Sequence record: MW845758.1
Length of the DNA: 64,000 nt
Reading direction: 5' to 3' (one strand)
The translations under genes were made by a program, and so were the position numbers. The notes under the pieces were generated by a model, which saw only the letters and a program-made list of their open reading frames with translations, was not told the DNA's origin and searched no databases. Positions 1-10,072 of the stretch are shown here, in pieces. Within the stretch, counting starts at the first letter, position 1. Every line of letters begins with the position of its first letter.

Positions 1-2
1 AC

Positions 3-422
3 ATTCGTGATGCACTGTGGAATGCCAAGAAGTTCTTGGACAGCCTCGGCGACAAAGATATCGTGCTGACCATGCGTGGCCCAGACTTTGATGCGCCTAT
101 CCTGATGAATGCGTTTGCACAGTGCGACGTACCGCCGGGTAAATTCCGTAAGTTCTCCATGCTCGATTCAGACCGTACTGCTGAGCGTTTTGCTGCAGCG
201 TTTGGTTTGGACCCGGATATGGATGCGGAAGCGCACAACTGGACACGCGGTAAAGACTATATTGAACACCATGCCGGGTTCGATGCCGCCAAAGAAGGGT
301 ATATGACTGCGCGTCTGTACCACTTGGCGCTTATCGCCCGTACTCACGGTTTCCCACGCATGCTCGAGGCACATGAGCAACTGCGTACCGGCGAGTACAT
401 CCCGACCATGTTCTTGGAGTAA
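3..422 (+). CDS. DnaQ/DEDDh-like 3'-5' exonuclease, 5'-truncated by the window edge
   Basis: Frame is open from base 3. ExoII-like GPDFDAPIL and ExoIII-like HHAGFDA motifs; ExoI would lie upstream of the window. Confidence 0.6.
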   Translation: MRDALWNAKKFLDSLGDKDIVLTMRGPDFDAPILMNAFAQCDVPPGKFRKFSMLDSDRTAERFAAAFGLDPDMDAEAHNWTRGKDYIEHHAGFDAAKEGYMTARLYHLALIARTHGFPRMLEAHEQLRTGEYIPTMFLE

Positions 423-432
423 GTGAGGATTA

Positions 433-1950
433 ATGAAAGAGTACGACGTCGCCGTGTTATACACGGACGGAAGTCATACCACCGCCCCAATGGGTTCTGG
501 GGCGGGGATTCATGGCTATCTGTACAATAAAGCCGATTTCAAATCGGAACGTGGTTATTTCGCGGACGGAATTCCCGAAGCGGTGACGCCGGAAGAGTAT
601 CAGATTATCCCTCAGACTGAAAAGCTGCCGAAGTTACCGGACGGTGTGGTCGAGTGGGTGAACTGTACGATTCCGGTTCCCAAGGACAAGTTCTCGGACG
701 TCGGGGAATTGGTAGCCTTTATCTGTGCGTTTGATAATGCACCGTTCAAAGCGAAGAAGTACGTGATTCACGTGGATGCGACTTACGTGCTGAACACCTT
801 CACCAAATGGATTGACGGCTGGGCGTCTAAAGGTTGGATACGTGCCGACGGTACCCCTATCGCTAACAAGAAATTGATTGAGCGGATTTTCGAAATCAAA
901 ACCGATTGCAAGAAGAACGGCATTACGGTGAAGGTGGTGAAAATCAAAGGGCACTCCGATCGCTACGGTAACGACCAAGCGGACAAACAAGCCCGTCAGG
1001 GTTCCACGATGTCCGCAACGTTTGAGAACGTCGAGCACCGTCCGTTCTGGAGCAGTGAAGAGTCTCTGCCAACAATTGAGCTGGCGGGTGGCAGTGGTGT
1101 GCAGATTGGGGCAGCAAACTTGCCGGCCATCAATACGCAGAAGTACCACTATCTGCAAGTGAACGAACCACACCCGATGTGTACCGTCAAAGACCAGCAA
1201 TGGTATTACCTGTTCTCGGGCAACCACTCGAAGGACAAGGACGATATCGTTCTGCTCGGTAAAATGGTACCGGATACCATGTTCTCCATTACCATGGCAA
1301 AAGAGCCGTGGGAGAACCTGTATGCCATCGTCAACACACACGCGAAGTCTGCGTGGGAAGACACTCCGGTATTGAAACGCTTTGACCCGATAGCGATTGT
1401 GAACGGGGATTTCTTACGGCGTAAGAAGTTCGTGGAAGCATCGAAAGAAGGTCTGCCGGTTGCTCAGATGACATTTGAAGCAAACGGGAATGTGTGGATG
1501 TATCAGGACTTGGCCATCAGTCGTATCCTGCGTCCGGCACTGCTCTCTTATCGCGCCATTGAGTTTCGTGATGAACTCACACAGATGTTAAAGTCCGCTC
1601 TGTTGAAAGAGCCGCACATCGTGATGAATGATATCACTGACTTACTGTTCGATGAGAAAGGCAAGCCGAACAAAGAGTTCTATCGCAGTGTTGACCGTTC
1701 GTTTGAGATTAAGGCGAAGATTCCCGGCACTGAGCAGACTATCCCGATTATTTTAAGTCGTGGGATAGACTTGCCACAGCGTACGGATTTGAACCGTATC
1801 AAAGAACCAACGGGACGTTTCTACGTGTGTTGCTGGCGACCACAGGAACGTTACGTGCGTTATGCGGTAGTGTATATCGGGGAAGAGTACAACGGGTTAT
1901 GGATTGCCTATTACGCTGCAAACCGCATCCTTCCTAACGAGATTAAGTGA
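433..1950 (+). CDS. rnh: Ribonuclease HI with long C-terminal extension (phiKZ-type)
   Basis: YTDGS, ELVAF, HVDATYV, WIDGWASKGW..DGTPIAN and KIKGHS..GNDQADKQA are the RNase HI motifs. Confidence 0.9.
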   Translation: MKEYDVAVLYTDGSHTTAPMGSGAGIHGYLYNKADFKSERGYFADGIPEAVTPEEYQIIPQTEKLPKLPDGVVEWVNCTIPVPKDKFSDVGELVAFICAFDNAPFKAKKYVIHVDATYVLNTFTKWIDGWASKGWIRADGTPIANKKLIERIFEIKTDCKKNGITVKVVKIKGHSDRYGNDQADKQARQGSTMSATFENVEHRPFWSSEESLPTIELAGGSGVQIGAANLPAINTQKYHYLQVNEPHPMCTVKDQQWYYLFSGNHSKDKDDIVLLGKMVPDTMFSITMAKEPWENLYAIVNTHAKSAWEDTPVLKRFDPIAIVNGDFLRRKKFVEASKEGLPVAQMTFEANGNVWMYQDLAISRILRPALLSYRAIEFRDELTQMLKSALLKEPHIVMNDITDLLFDEKGKPNKEFYRSVDRSFEIKAKIPGTEQTIPIILSRGIDLPQRTDLNRIKEPTGRFYVCCWRPQERYVRYAVVYIGEEYNGLWIAYYAANRILPNEIK

Positions 1951-1957
1951 GGCGCTT

Positions 1958-2704
1958 ATGCTTCGTGTTTTTAGTCATGTATTGACATTGCACAGCGAAA
2001 AACTGGTTTCCGCGTTAGGCGAGTATTACCGACTCGTGTTTACGCAGTACGCACACACCATGAAATACACGCCGGCTGAAAAGGAGGCCGTTGACGCGGT
2101 CTGTGAAGAGGCCGGGCGTTGGATGGTGGCGAACATCCTGTTGGAGGGTATCGCCTTAGCTAACGCTCGCACACACCTCTCACCGAGCCTTCGAAGCTTT
2201 GACGTTTACGGTGATAAGCTGGCAGAGCAGTTTGACAGTCCGGTATTGCGTAACAAACTGAGCACCAATACCACCGTTGGGGATTTCTTTGCCTACGTCT
2301 GTGCGACCACACCCCTTTCTGCTTTACTGGAAGGGGCCATGAAATGGTTTGTCGAACAGTTCATGGATGAGGTGTACAACCTGCTTGGCAAAGACTCGTT
2401 TGCGATAGACAACTACACGGGGATTTACATGACCCGTGAGCTACTCATTAAGCAGCTAAAGCAAAGGAAAATCATCCTGCCCTTTATCGAGCCAATGGAG
2501 TGGTTGTTTGTGGCGAACGTCGATCCTGCCGATAGGGATTCTTTACCATCCATTGCAGCGGATATGGAGTACGCGTTTGTTGTACAGGGTGAAGCGTTCA
2601 TCATTCCTGAAACGTTCCCAACCATGGTACTCCCGGACGAAACCGAAGAGATAGAACTCTACGTGTTAAAGCCCGAGGTTATTAAAGAACTGAAAAGGCT
2701 GTGA
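1958..2704 (+). CDS. Hypothetical protein
   Basis: Long ORF; ATG at 1958 follows GAGG and abuts the previous stop. Confidence 0.75.
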   Translation: MLRVFSHVLTLHSEKLVSALGEYYRLVFTQYAHTMKYTPAEKEAVDAVCEEAGRWMVANILLEGIALANARTHLSPSLRSFDVYGDKLAEQFDSPVLRNKLSTNTTVGDFFAYVCATTPLSALLEGAMKWFVEQFMDEVYNLLGKDSFAIDNYTGIYMTRELLIKQLKQRKIILPFIEPMEWLFVANVDPADRDSLPSIAADMEYAFVVQGEAFIIPETFPTMVLPDETEEIELYVLKPEVIKELKRL

Positions 2705-2723
2705 GATAGATATTATCTCCGTG
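2705..2723 (+). promoter_or_regulatory. Putative phage early promoter GATAGATATTAT-N4-GTG
   Basis: Motif occurs 5 times in the window, always intergenic and upstream of + strand ORFs. Confidence 0.7.
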
Positions 2724-2744
2724 GTAAATCGTTAGGAGTCACTT

Positions 2745-3464
2745 ATGTTACGCGTGGTCTTACCCGAACTGTATCAGCTTACCACGCCTGCGGCGGAGAA
2801 GCTGTTTAACATTGTTTGGGATCGTTATTGCCCGGGGAAGATTGCAGACCGTCCTGAATTGTGGGTACGTCGAGATGAGTTCTATCTCGGCGCTTACCCG
2901 CTGTTCGTTAAAACGTTTGCAGTGGCTATCACCGGAATGCTCGATGCTGTAAACCTTGGTCGGGATTTTGATATTCACGAGTTGGAGTTTAACTACGAGG
3001 ATATCTACAACGACTACCAGCACGAAGACCTAAACGATGAGATGGAAGGCGAAGTGTTGCTTTTCATGAACTTCGTTGAAGGCGTGTTGGGGGCAGGGGA
3101 TGCGTTCTTGGATGAGTTGGCTGATAAACTCGGCACACCTTTTCAAACGTTGTTGGGTTTGCGTAAGCAACACAACATCCTCGGTTTCTGGTTGGATGTC
3201 TACGCCACAGACATGCGCATTTGGGAAGACAACCCCACGGTCTTTGCTATCCAAGAAGGGGACTTTGAACCACAGTGGCATGACAAATGGTACTCAGGTC
3301 CGGACAGCAAGTTTTACGAGTTAGCGAAAGAAGACGGGATGGAGTTCTATTACTGGGCAGGCAACATCGTGGCAGAATCACCACGTGCGACTATCCCAGA
3401 AGGCGAGCCTGTTACCCTGTGTCATTTAACCCATGAAGCGGTTGCGTTCATGGAACCCATGTAG
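2745..3464 (+). CDS. Hypothetical acidic protein
   Basis: 239-aa ORF with AGGAG RBS. Confidence 0.8.
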   Translation: MLRVVLPELYQLTTPAAEKLFNIVWDRYCPGKIADRPELWVRRDEFYLGAYPLFVKTFAVAITGMLDAVNLGRDFDIHELEFNYEDIYNDYQHEDLNDEMEGEVLLFMNFVEGVLGAGDAFLDELADKLGTPFQTLLGLRKQHNILGFWLDVYATDMRIWEDNPTVFAIQEGDFEPQWHDKWYSGPDSKFYELAKEDGMEFYYWAGNIVAESPRATIPEGEPVTLCHLTHEAVAFMEPM

Positions 3465-3489
3465 TTTATAAATCGTAAGGAGTATTACC

Positions 3490-3846
3490 ATGAAATTGAA
3501 TGAACTGATTGCACAGGCACAGAAGGCAACTAAAGCAACTGATGGCATGCTACTGATTACGGTTGAACCAACCGTTAATCGTTTTGCGTTGGGTTTTACT
3601 GAAACCTGCCCTCAGTTAGCCGGCACCGAAATCGACGCGGCAAGAAAGTTGCGTGTGGGTGCACAACAAAATCGTGCGTGGGTGGTAGCGTACACCGTTA
3701 CCCATAACCCGCATTGCATGCTCGCAAACGAAGTTGACATTGCGCTTCACCTGTGGCAGGACGGCGATAACGTGATTGCGCGTATCGCTAAGTTCCGTGG
3801 TCTCGGTAGTAAGCCCGAGGGTGACTTCGTTCTCGATCAGGAGTAA
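3490..3846 (+). CDS. Hypothetical protein
   Basis: 118-aa ORF with AAGGAG RBS. Confidence 0.8.
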   Translation: MKLNELIAQAQKATKATDGMLLITVEPTVNRFALGFTETCPQLAGTEIDAARKLRVGAQQNRAWVVAYTVTHNPHCMLANEVDIALHLWQDGDNVIARIAKFRGLGSKPEGDFVLDQE

Positions 3847-3849
3847 CGC

Positions 3850-4290
3850 ATGCTGACAGTGCAAAGCGAAACACTGATGCAAGTCGACCAACTCTTCCGC
3901 CACAAATACACTGAACTCATCGCTGACGAACGCCTTAACTGGACGTGCGCAGCGGTGAAGTATTTTTTAATGCGGGTCGTCATGGGAGACCGTGACATTC
4001 GGGGCGAGAAGCTGGTTGAGGTTCTTCAAGAGGTGAAGACACACTGGGTGGCCGCGGGTCTCCCGGAGGTGTTGTGGTGGCGAGTGAATCATTTCTTTGT
4101 GTGGTTGGAAAGCTTCTCTCAACACCCGGTTCATCTGCTTGACAGGGAACTCCATCGCATGCTCGAACAAAACTACGTTGAAATTCAATACACCGTACAA
4201 AACCTGATATTCAATCAGTATCGGGTGATTCGGGCGTTTGACTTGTTACTCACCCATGCATTATTGGAGCCACTCGATGCAGCAAGTTAA
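3850..4290 (+). CDS. Hypothetical protein
   Basis: 146-aa ORF with AGGAG RBS, operon packing. Confidence 0.75.
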   Translation: MLTVQSETLMQVDQLFRHKYTELIADERLNWTCAAVKYFLMRVVMGDRDIRGEKLVEVLQEVKTHWVAAGLPEVLWWRVNHFFVWLESFSQHPVHLLDRELHRMLEQNYVEIQYTVQNLIFNQYRVIRAFDLLLTHALLEPLDAAS

Positions 4291-4912
4291 AATGCACATC
4301 CTCATGGCGTTAGAGGATTACTTCAAACGTATGTCGTTCCACGAGGAGGCCGTGAAGACGGCCTACCTTATTGCAGCGAGAGAAATCTCAAAGCAGGACT
4401 ACATCGCGGACTGGGCACCCCTCTCTGGCATGTGGCAGGCGTTACGATTTATCGTGCATGAAGGTGGGCTTGAGCTTGCCCTCGCGGATGAGTATATCGA
4501 ACCGCGGATAATGAAAAAAGTACGCCAACTTCTCTTAGCTTTGATGGGGGACTTTGATAACTTTCCACGCCACTCCATGGACGTTAACCGAAGCTACCTC
4601 GGCAGTATCAGTGAAGTAAAGGCATCACTCGACATGCCGTTGGTGTTTGCTCGGGACGAAGACCTGTTAAATTACTCCCTGTGGTTTGCAGGTGAAATGG
4701 AAAGTCCGTGTTACGTCCAGCATCGCATGATAATTGAGACGCAGCAGGAGTGGTGTAATTTGGTGACCAAATACCCACACGGTCCGTACATGTGGCGGGC
4801 TGATTGGGACGCATTTGTGCCGGATATCAACAACATGCGACACAAGCACGTCATGATTCTCGACGTGGAATCAGAACGTGAGCGTTTCGAGATAATCTCT
4901 AAGGGGAAATAA
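4277..4912 (+). CDS. Hypothetical protein
   Basis: ATG at 4277 after GGAG; TAATG overlap with the next gene. Confidence 0.75.
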   Translation: MQQVKMHILMALEDYFKRMSFHEEAVKTAYLIAAREISKQDYIADWAPLSGMWQALRFIVHEGGLELALADEYIEPRIMKKVRQLLLALMGDFDNFPRHSMDVNRSYLGSISEVKASLDMPLVFARDEDLLNYSLWFAGEMESPCYVQHRMIIETQQEWCNLVTKYPHGPYMWRADWDAFVPDINNMRHKHVMILDVESERERFEIISKGK

Positions 4913-5514
4913 TGCAAGTCATTTTGAACATGGCGCTCGGTGAACAAGCGCCGAAAATTGCGGAGCTGATGGTGAACCTCCGTAAAGATTTGTCGTTTGA
5001 GCTGCACGACATCATTACCAAGTACGAACGGGGTCTGAAGAAGGACACCAGTAAGACGCACTTCGTGGTCGAGGCAGATGCTATCGTCGATGAGCTTACC
5101 GAGATGGTTGTTGGCCAAGCAAAAGACGTCATGCAGAAAACCTTTGCGATTCCAGCGAACGGCTTTGACACGGTGGACGAGTTAGCGCTGCGGGTTGAAG
5201 AAGCATTCAGCAAGGGCGTGACGGAAATCGAGTCATACATCCACCTCAGCACCCGCTCGACGTTTGTGGCCTGTGGTGAGACCAATGAGAAGTCCATGCT
5301 CTTCCAGATGGAATCACTCAACGATTTGTTCGGGGCACAAGACACGATGCGGGTAGAAAGTATCGTGGGTAAGGCCAAAGAGCAGGTCGGTGTTCTCGCT
5401 CGCATGGAAATGGAATCGCTGTTAAACCGACTCCAATCGTATAAGCTTTCTGCTGAACAGGTAGATGGCATTCACGAGATGGGTCGCGGCGAAATGACGG
5501 TAAGTCGTTTCTAA
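4912..5514 (+). CDS. Hypothetical protein, tandem family member 1 (MQVILNM start)
   Basis: 200-aa ORF; N-terminal strand motif shared with the next four genes. Confidence 0.8.
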   Translation: MQVILNMALGEQAPKIAELMVNLRKDLSFELHDIITKYERGLKKDTSKTHFVVEADAIVDELTEMVVGQAKDVMQKTFAIPANGFDTVDELALRVEEAFSKGVTEIESYIHLSTRSTFVACGETNEKSMLFQMESLNDLFGAQDTMRVESIVGKAKEQVGVLARMEMESLLNRLQSYKLSAEQVDGIHEMGRGEMTVSRF

Positions 5515-5523
5515 GGAACGTGT

Positions 5524-6018
5524 ATGCGTGTCATTATCGATCTTGTTGATAACGATAGTCAGGAGTTTGTAAAAGAACTCTCGGACTCGTGGGAGTGTAC
5601 CGTCGCCCAAGCGATAGAGGATGAACTGTATAATAGGGGCATTTCCCTCCCGACGGGTGTGAGTTTTAGCGAAGAAGCCATGATGATGTTAGCCCCGTAC
5701 TACCGGGCATTAACGAAACTGGTCAACAAGGTTGTTTCGATTGACGTGGGGTACAGTAACGTCATCTCTATTCAGGCAACGGATATCACTGACCGAGTAA
5801 ATGAGTTGTTAGCGGAATGTGATGTCGACGGTGAGTTCCCCTCGCCGTTTCGCATGACAATCGATGAAGCGGAGTTCAATTCCCGCGAGTTCTTTGAAAT
5901 CGGCCGCTGTCGAAAGTTGACCCGTTATTTGGAACAACTGCTGCATTCCTTTATATCGGACTGTTATCGCAAAACAGCCGAGCGTAGTGAACAACTGATA
6001 ATCAATTTTAACCGTTAA
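5524..6018 (+). CDS. Hypothetical protein with RHH-like N-terminus, tandem family member 2
   Basis: MRVIIDLVDNDSQEFVKELSDSWECTVAQAIEDEL fits the strand-helix-helix pattern. Confidence 0.8.
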   Translation: MRVIIDLVDNDSQEFVKELSDSWECTVAQAIEDELYNRGISLPTGVSFSEEAMMMLAPYYRALTKLVNKVVSIDVGYSNVISIQATDITDRVNELLAECDVDGEFPSPFRMTIDEAEFNSREFFEIGRCRKLTRYLEQLLHSFISDCYRKTAERSEQLIINFNR

Positions 6019-6027
6019 GGATAAATC

Positions 6028-6666
6028 ATGAAACTGTATCTGAATTTAACTACTGATGAAAACCGTAAAGTCTGGCCTGCGTTAATGATGTCGATGTACG
6101 ACGAAGTTGAACACATCATTGCGCACCACTACGCGTCTCAGCCGGACAAAGGCCCATTGATTCGTCAGGCAGCAGTTCAGGCGCTGATGCCGATTATGGA
6201 TGGCATGACCCGCCTGCAAGACACCCTGCTGGAGTTCCACTTTGATGGGAGTGATAACAATGCGGGTGTTATCGACACCACCATCGACCTCTTCACAGCC
6301 GATGCCAACGCTGCCAAAATTCGCGAAGTGTGGGTCAAAGAGATGCGTGAACGCGGGCCTGTCCATTTCGAAGACTCCGTCGGTGATCAGCATGTGCTTA
6401 ACCTGAAAGATGAAGAAGTGGAAAACTTCATCGAGATGGCTGACCAGCGCGTGAAAGAAATCTCAGCGGAACTCTGGGAAAGCGTCACCGAACAAATCAA
6501 AACCATCACGCTGCGTTTTACAGGCGATGTCACCCAGCAACGTTTCACGACTGCCGAGCGCAAGGTCGGTCTGCATCTGGATGCATCCAATGTGGATGTG
6601 ACTTTATCAGGTCCTACGGCTGATGCGGTGGAAGAGCTGAAAGAGAAGCTCAACAAGGACAAGTAA
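6028..6666 (+). CDS. Hypothetical protein, tandem family member 3 (MKLYLNL start)
   Basis: 212-aa ORF with AAGGA RBS. Confidence 0.8.
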   Translation: MKLYLNLTTDENRKVWPALMMSMYDEVEHIIAHHYASQPDKGPLIRQAAVQALMPIMDGMTRLQDTLLEFHFDGSDNNAGVIDTTIDLFTADANAAKIREVWVKEMRERGPVHFEDSVGDQHVLNLKDEEVENFIEMADQRVKEISAELWESVTEQIKTITLRFTGDVTQQRFTTAERKVGLHLDASNVDVTLSGPTADAVEELKEKLNKDK

Positions 6667-7140
6667 ATGCGCATCTATATCTCGTTCGATACGGAAGAGG
6701 TCTTAGCGACCAACGGTTTGCTTCGTCGGGATATCGTGGTCTTCGGACGTCAGTTCTTAATAGACGCGATGAATGAAGACCCCGAAAAGTATAAGGCGTT
6801 CGATAACTTTGAATTCCTTAACAAACTGAGTGCGGCGATGGCTTCTGGCTGGGTAGCGTTCCTTGAGACGATACAACACAAGTTGTGGATGCTCGACGAA
6901 CAGGCTCTCGACCACGGGGACAGTTTAAAGTGGTGTGAAGATGAATTCGCAGACACCTTTAGAAAGTCCAAGCAAACGTTTCTGGCGAACGTGGAGGCGT
7001 TGGAGTGTCCGGTTTACGATGCGACGGTGTTAGGGTTACTGGTTGACCGTGTCGATGCTGGGTATCAAGACATGCAAACGACGTTGGTAAACGAGCTCGA
7101 GCGTGTCTTTGAACGGGCATGGATAATGTTTCGTCTATAG
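6667..7140 (+). CDS. Hypothetical protein, tandem family member 4 (MRIYISF start)
   Basis: 157-aa ORF starting immediately after the previous stop. Confidence 0.8.
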   Translation: MRIYISFDTEEVLATNGLLRRDIVVFGRQFLIDAMNEDPEKYKAFDNFEFLNKLSAAMASGWVAFLETIQHKLWMLDEQALDHGDSLKWCEDEFADTFRKSKQTFLANVEALECPVYDATVLGLLVDRVDAGYQDMQTTLVNELERVFERAWIMFRL

Positions 7141-7149
7141 GGAGTTCTG

Positions 7150-7641
7150 ATGCGGGTCTACATTGACTTTAACACTGAAAACGTTTACGACGCGTTTGAT
7201 TTAGGATACGAAGGGGTGCTGGAGCGTACACTGGCCCACCATCGGTTACTGATTGCCAATCATGAAAACCCGACGGTGCGTGAGAACGAAGAGTATTATC
7301 GTTCGGTGGTGTACCAAAATCATCTCAGTTCGATTCTGTACAAAGCGTTTAAACGGTTCCATGACGCGATTGTTTCGCAGTTGGTGTGTTTCAACACCAA
7401 ACTACCTGTTGACCCTGAAGAAGACCCGGTAGAAAAACTGCTTAATCTAAGCGCTATGGATGTGCTTCGTGAACTCTTACCCCTTGATACGAAACTTGAT
7501 ATTGAACATATGTTGTTTGATGAAGAGTCTCAAGAACTGCTTTTCAATGAGCTCGAAGAGTTTCGTGATGAGCTTATCCGTGTAGTGCGTCGCGAAATTG
7601 CAGACGCATTGACGGTTGCTATCATGTGGGCAAAGAAATAA
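7150..7641 (+). CDS. Hypothetical protein, tandem family member 5 (MRVYIDF start)
   Basis: 163-aa ORF with GGGAG RBS. Confidence 0.8.
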   Translation: MRVYIDFNTENVYDAFDLGYEGVLERTLAHHRLLIANHENPTVRENEEYYRSVVYQNHLSSILYKAFKRFHDAIVSQLVCFNTKLPVDPEEDPVEKLLNLSAMDVLRELLPLDTKLDIEHMLFDEESQELLFNELEEFRDELIRVVRREIADALTVAIMWAKK

Positions 7642-7692
7642 AAAGTAACCCACCTCTTCGGAGGTGGGTACTTCATTTACTTTTATTTTTTG
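7641..7692. terminator. Bidirectional intrinsic terminator with bulged A
   Basis: AAGTA-A-CCCACCTC-TTCG-GAGGTGGG-TACTT, A-run before and T-rich run after, between convergent genes. Confidence 0.85.
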
Positions 7693-8438
7693 TTTTCACG
7701 CAGCGCTTTCAGACGTTCGGCTGTTGCGTTCAACGCTTCCAGCAGTTCGTTAGACTGTTTCATGAACAGGCCGAACAACTCAACCCAGTTCGATGCCATG
7801 TCCAGTGCCAGCGTCAGTTGCTCAACCACCTGCGGATGAACCGGCTCGTTTTCCAGTACCGCCGCAGAGGCACTGATAGAACCGATAAGACGAGAGACGT
7901 CTTTACGCAGCTTCTTACTGATGTCATCACGCAATGCTTTCGCACGATTGAATGCGGTGTCAATCTCAGCGGCCGAGTGGTAGGTCTTTTCAATGGCACG
8001 TTGGTCAATGACGTTGTTGGTATACGACTGGGCGAGTTTGGCCACCAAGTCTTTTGGGTCGATTGCTTTCAGCGGATATTTGAAATCCTTGAAACGAAAA
8101 CCCACCGGTAAGGTCAGCACGCCTTTCTGGTGTGTCATGCTTGCCAGCAGTTTGTCAATCGGTTGCAGCACACCCGGCAGAATGGTTTGCAGGGTATCCC
8201 ACGTAGACTCCAGACGTTGCATGTGATCCATCACGTAGGTGTTAAACCCCGGAGGAACCGGAACCAACATACCTTGGAAATTCAGAAACTTCTCTTTCTG
8301 CATCCAGTTCGCCATGCCCGACATGTCGTCGTAAGTGGTCAGTGCCAACTCTTGGTCGTTGGTAGTAAAACCTTTGGGTAAAATAACCGACGCTTTAGAA
8401 GCAAAAGCTTGCAGCGCGGCGATAGGATTCAGTGTCAT
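7683..8438 (-). CDS. Probable virion (head) protein
   Basis: 251-aa ORF with GAGG RBS and a CTTAGTATG late-type motif upstream. Position divergent from uvsX as in phiKZ-like phages (recalled synteny). Confidence 0.6.
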   Translation of the reverse strand: MTLNPIAALQAFASKASVILPKGFTTNDQELALTTYDDMSGMANWMQKEKFLNFQGMLVPVPPGFNTYVMDHMQRLESTWDTLQTILPGVLQPIDKLLASMTHQKGVLTLPVGFRFKDFKYPLKAIDPKDLVAKLAQSYTNNVIDQRAIEKTYHSAAEIDTAFNRAKALRDDISKKLRKDVSRLIGSISASAAVLENEPVHPQVVEQLTLALDMASNWVELFGLFMKQSNELLEALNATAERLKALRENKK

Positions 8439-8469
8439 TATACTTCCTCGAAGACGGGGTGAAGGGCTA

Positions 8470-8478
8470 CATACTAAG
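8470..8478 (-). promoter_or_regulatory. Putative late promoter CTTAGTATG
   Basis: Identical 9-mer upstream of the tail sheath gene; TATG is the known phiKZ late-promoter core. Confidence 0.5.
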
Positions 8479-8482
8479 TCTT

Positions 8483-8506
8483 TTTACGTATAGCGTCGTG
8501 TTTATG
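8483..8506 (+). promoter_or_regulatory. Putative middle promoter TTTAC-N15-TATG
   Basis: Same spacing at 7 intergenic sites in the window. Confidence 0.6.
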
Positions 8507-8538
8507 TAGAACACAAACTATTAAACACGGAGCAATCG

Positions 8539-10029
8539 ATGGCAGGTCCAGCTAACCAAGTAATAGGCGAAGTAATCCGCCCGCGCTTTAACGTCTATAC
8601 CATCATGGACCACGCTTTAGGTGGCTATGAACGTGGTGCAGACGGCCTGTATTATTTAAACGGTGGCTTTGCCCACATCATGGGGTTCTCAGGACGCGGT
8701 AACAGTTTCAAAAGTACCCTCCTCGACTTCTGCATCTTCCAGATCATGTTGCGTTATAACGCGGCATGGGGTTCGAAATACGACACCGAAGTTTCAGCGG
8801 CGTTAGACCGTTTGGAAACCGGTTACCTGTCAGCGCAGCGTGCCTCAGGTATTGATGATGGCAGTAGCGTACTGTCGATGATTGAAGCCGGTCGTTATAA
8901 CTTTGTTGCATCAGATATGTTGCCGGGTGAGCAGTATTACTCTGACTACATCCGTAAAGAGATTGAAGGTCGCTTCGCCAGCTACGTGAAGAAAAAAGAC
9001 CTGCGTGAGTCTCCGTTCCCAGACCCGATTCGTCGTCAGAACAAAATGATGCTCGACCCGTGGTTCTACACCATTGACTCCCTGTCAGAATTCCACACCT
9101 CGGATATCGAAGGCAAACACGCCAAGACCGACGTAGGTGATTCCGACCAGAACATCCTGAACGCCCACGATTCACTTCAGAAGTCGAACATGATGGGTCG
9201 TTGGCCGTCAGGCTTAGCACGTGGCCACATGTACATGGGCTTCGTGGTGCATCTGGCAGATGACATGGGTGGGGCAATGAAGAACGGCGGTAAACCGTCT
9301 GCGGATAAACTGCTGGATGATATCTCCGGTGAGTTGAAGTTCTCCAACGTTCCACGTCGTGCGATTTCCTTCTTAACGAACAGTCTGATTGTGGCCACCA
9401 AAACCGGTGAGCTGAAAGCAGATAACTCGTACGATGCGAAAACCGCCACGAACGAACCGATGTACCCGACTGCACGTTCCCGTACCATGAACTCGTCAAG
9501 CAACGATTTAAAACTCGTTCGTTACACGCAGTTCCGTGCCAAGGGCGGTGCGACCGGCGTTAAGTTTGAGATGGTGTTCTCACAGTCGTTAGGTTTCTTC
9601 TACCACCTTTCCCTGTGGCATTACCTGTCTAAAACATTAGGCACCGACTACGGCTACACGCGTACCGGCGCTAACTATGAGCTCCACCTATTGCCGGGTG
9701 TGAAGTTCATGCGTACCACCATCCGCGACCAGCTTGACGAGAACCCACGTTTACGTCGTGCATTGGAAATCACGGCTGCTATGGCGTACATGCGCAACAA
9801 CTACCACACGCTGGAGTTGAAGTACGCTGATATCGTTCCGGAACTGTTGTACAAAACTATCGCTGATAAAGGATGGGACTGGGATGAGATTATGGACAAC
9901 ACCACTGAATATTGGATGTTCAAAGACCAAGAAGAGAAGGGCGGGAAACGCACACTAACAGCGATGTCATTACTGGCAATGGCTGTGGATGATGACTGTG
10001 TTCCTAAATTCCTGACTCGCAAAAAGTAA
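8539..10029 (+). CDS. uvsX: UvsX/RecA-like recombinase (phiKZ-type)
   Basis: Walker A GRGNSFKST, KYDTE after it, Walker B YTIDSLS; about 500 aa as in phiKZ-like homologs. Confidence 0.8.
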   Translation: MAGPANQVIGEVIRPRFNVYTIMDHALGGYERGADGLYYLNGGFAHIMGFSGRGNSFKSTLLDFCIFQIMLRYNAAWGSKYDTEVSAALDRLETGYLSAQRASGIDDGSSVLSMIEAGRYNFVASDMLPGEQYYSDYIRKEIEGRFASYVKKKDLRESPFPDPIRRQNKMMLDPWFYTIDSLSEFHTSDIEGKHAKTDVGDSDQNILNAHDSLQKSNMMGRWPSGLARGHMYMGFVVHLADDMGGAMKNGGKPSADKLLDDISGELKFSNVPRRAISFLTNSLIVATKTGELKADNSYDAKTATNEPMYPTARSRTMNSSSNDLKLVRYTQFRAKGGATGVKFEMVFSQSLGFFYHLSLWHYLSKTLGTDYGYTRTGANYELHLLPGVKFMRTTIRDQLDENPRLRRALEITAAMAYMRNNYHTLELKYADIVPELLYKTIADKGWDWDEIMDNTTEYWMFKDQEEKGGKRTLTAMSLLAMAVDDDCVPKFLTRKK

Positions 10030-10072
10030 CCCTACGCGGGGCAGTGCACGCTGCCCCGTACTGGAGGAAACG

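Noticed and set aside
8744-9499. 251-aa minus-strand ORF, and similar long antisense ORFs (634-1341, 24132-24593, 32570-33148, 37162-37761, 49048-49659)
   Set aside because: Fully nested opposite well-supported genes, no RBS, and composition typical of shadow frames.
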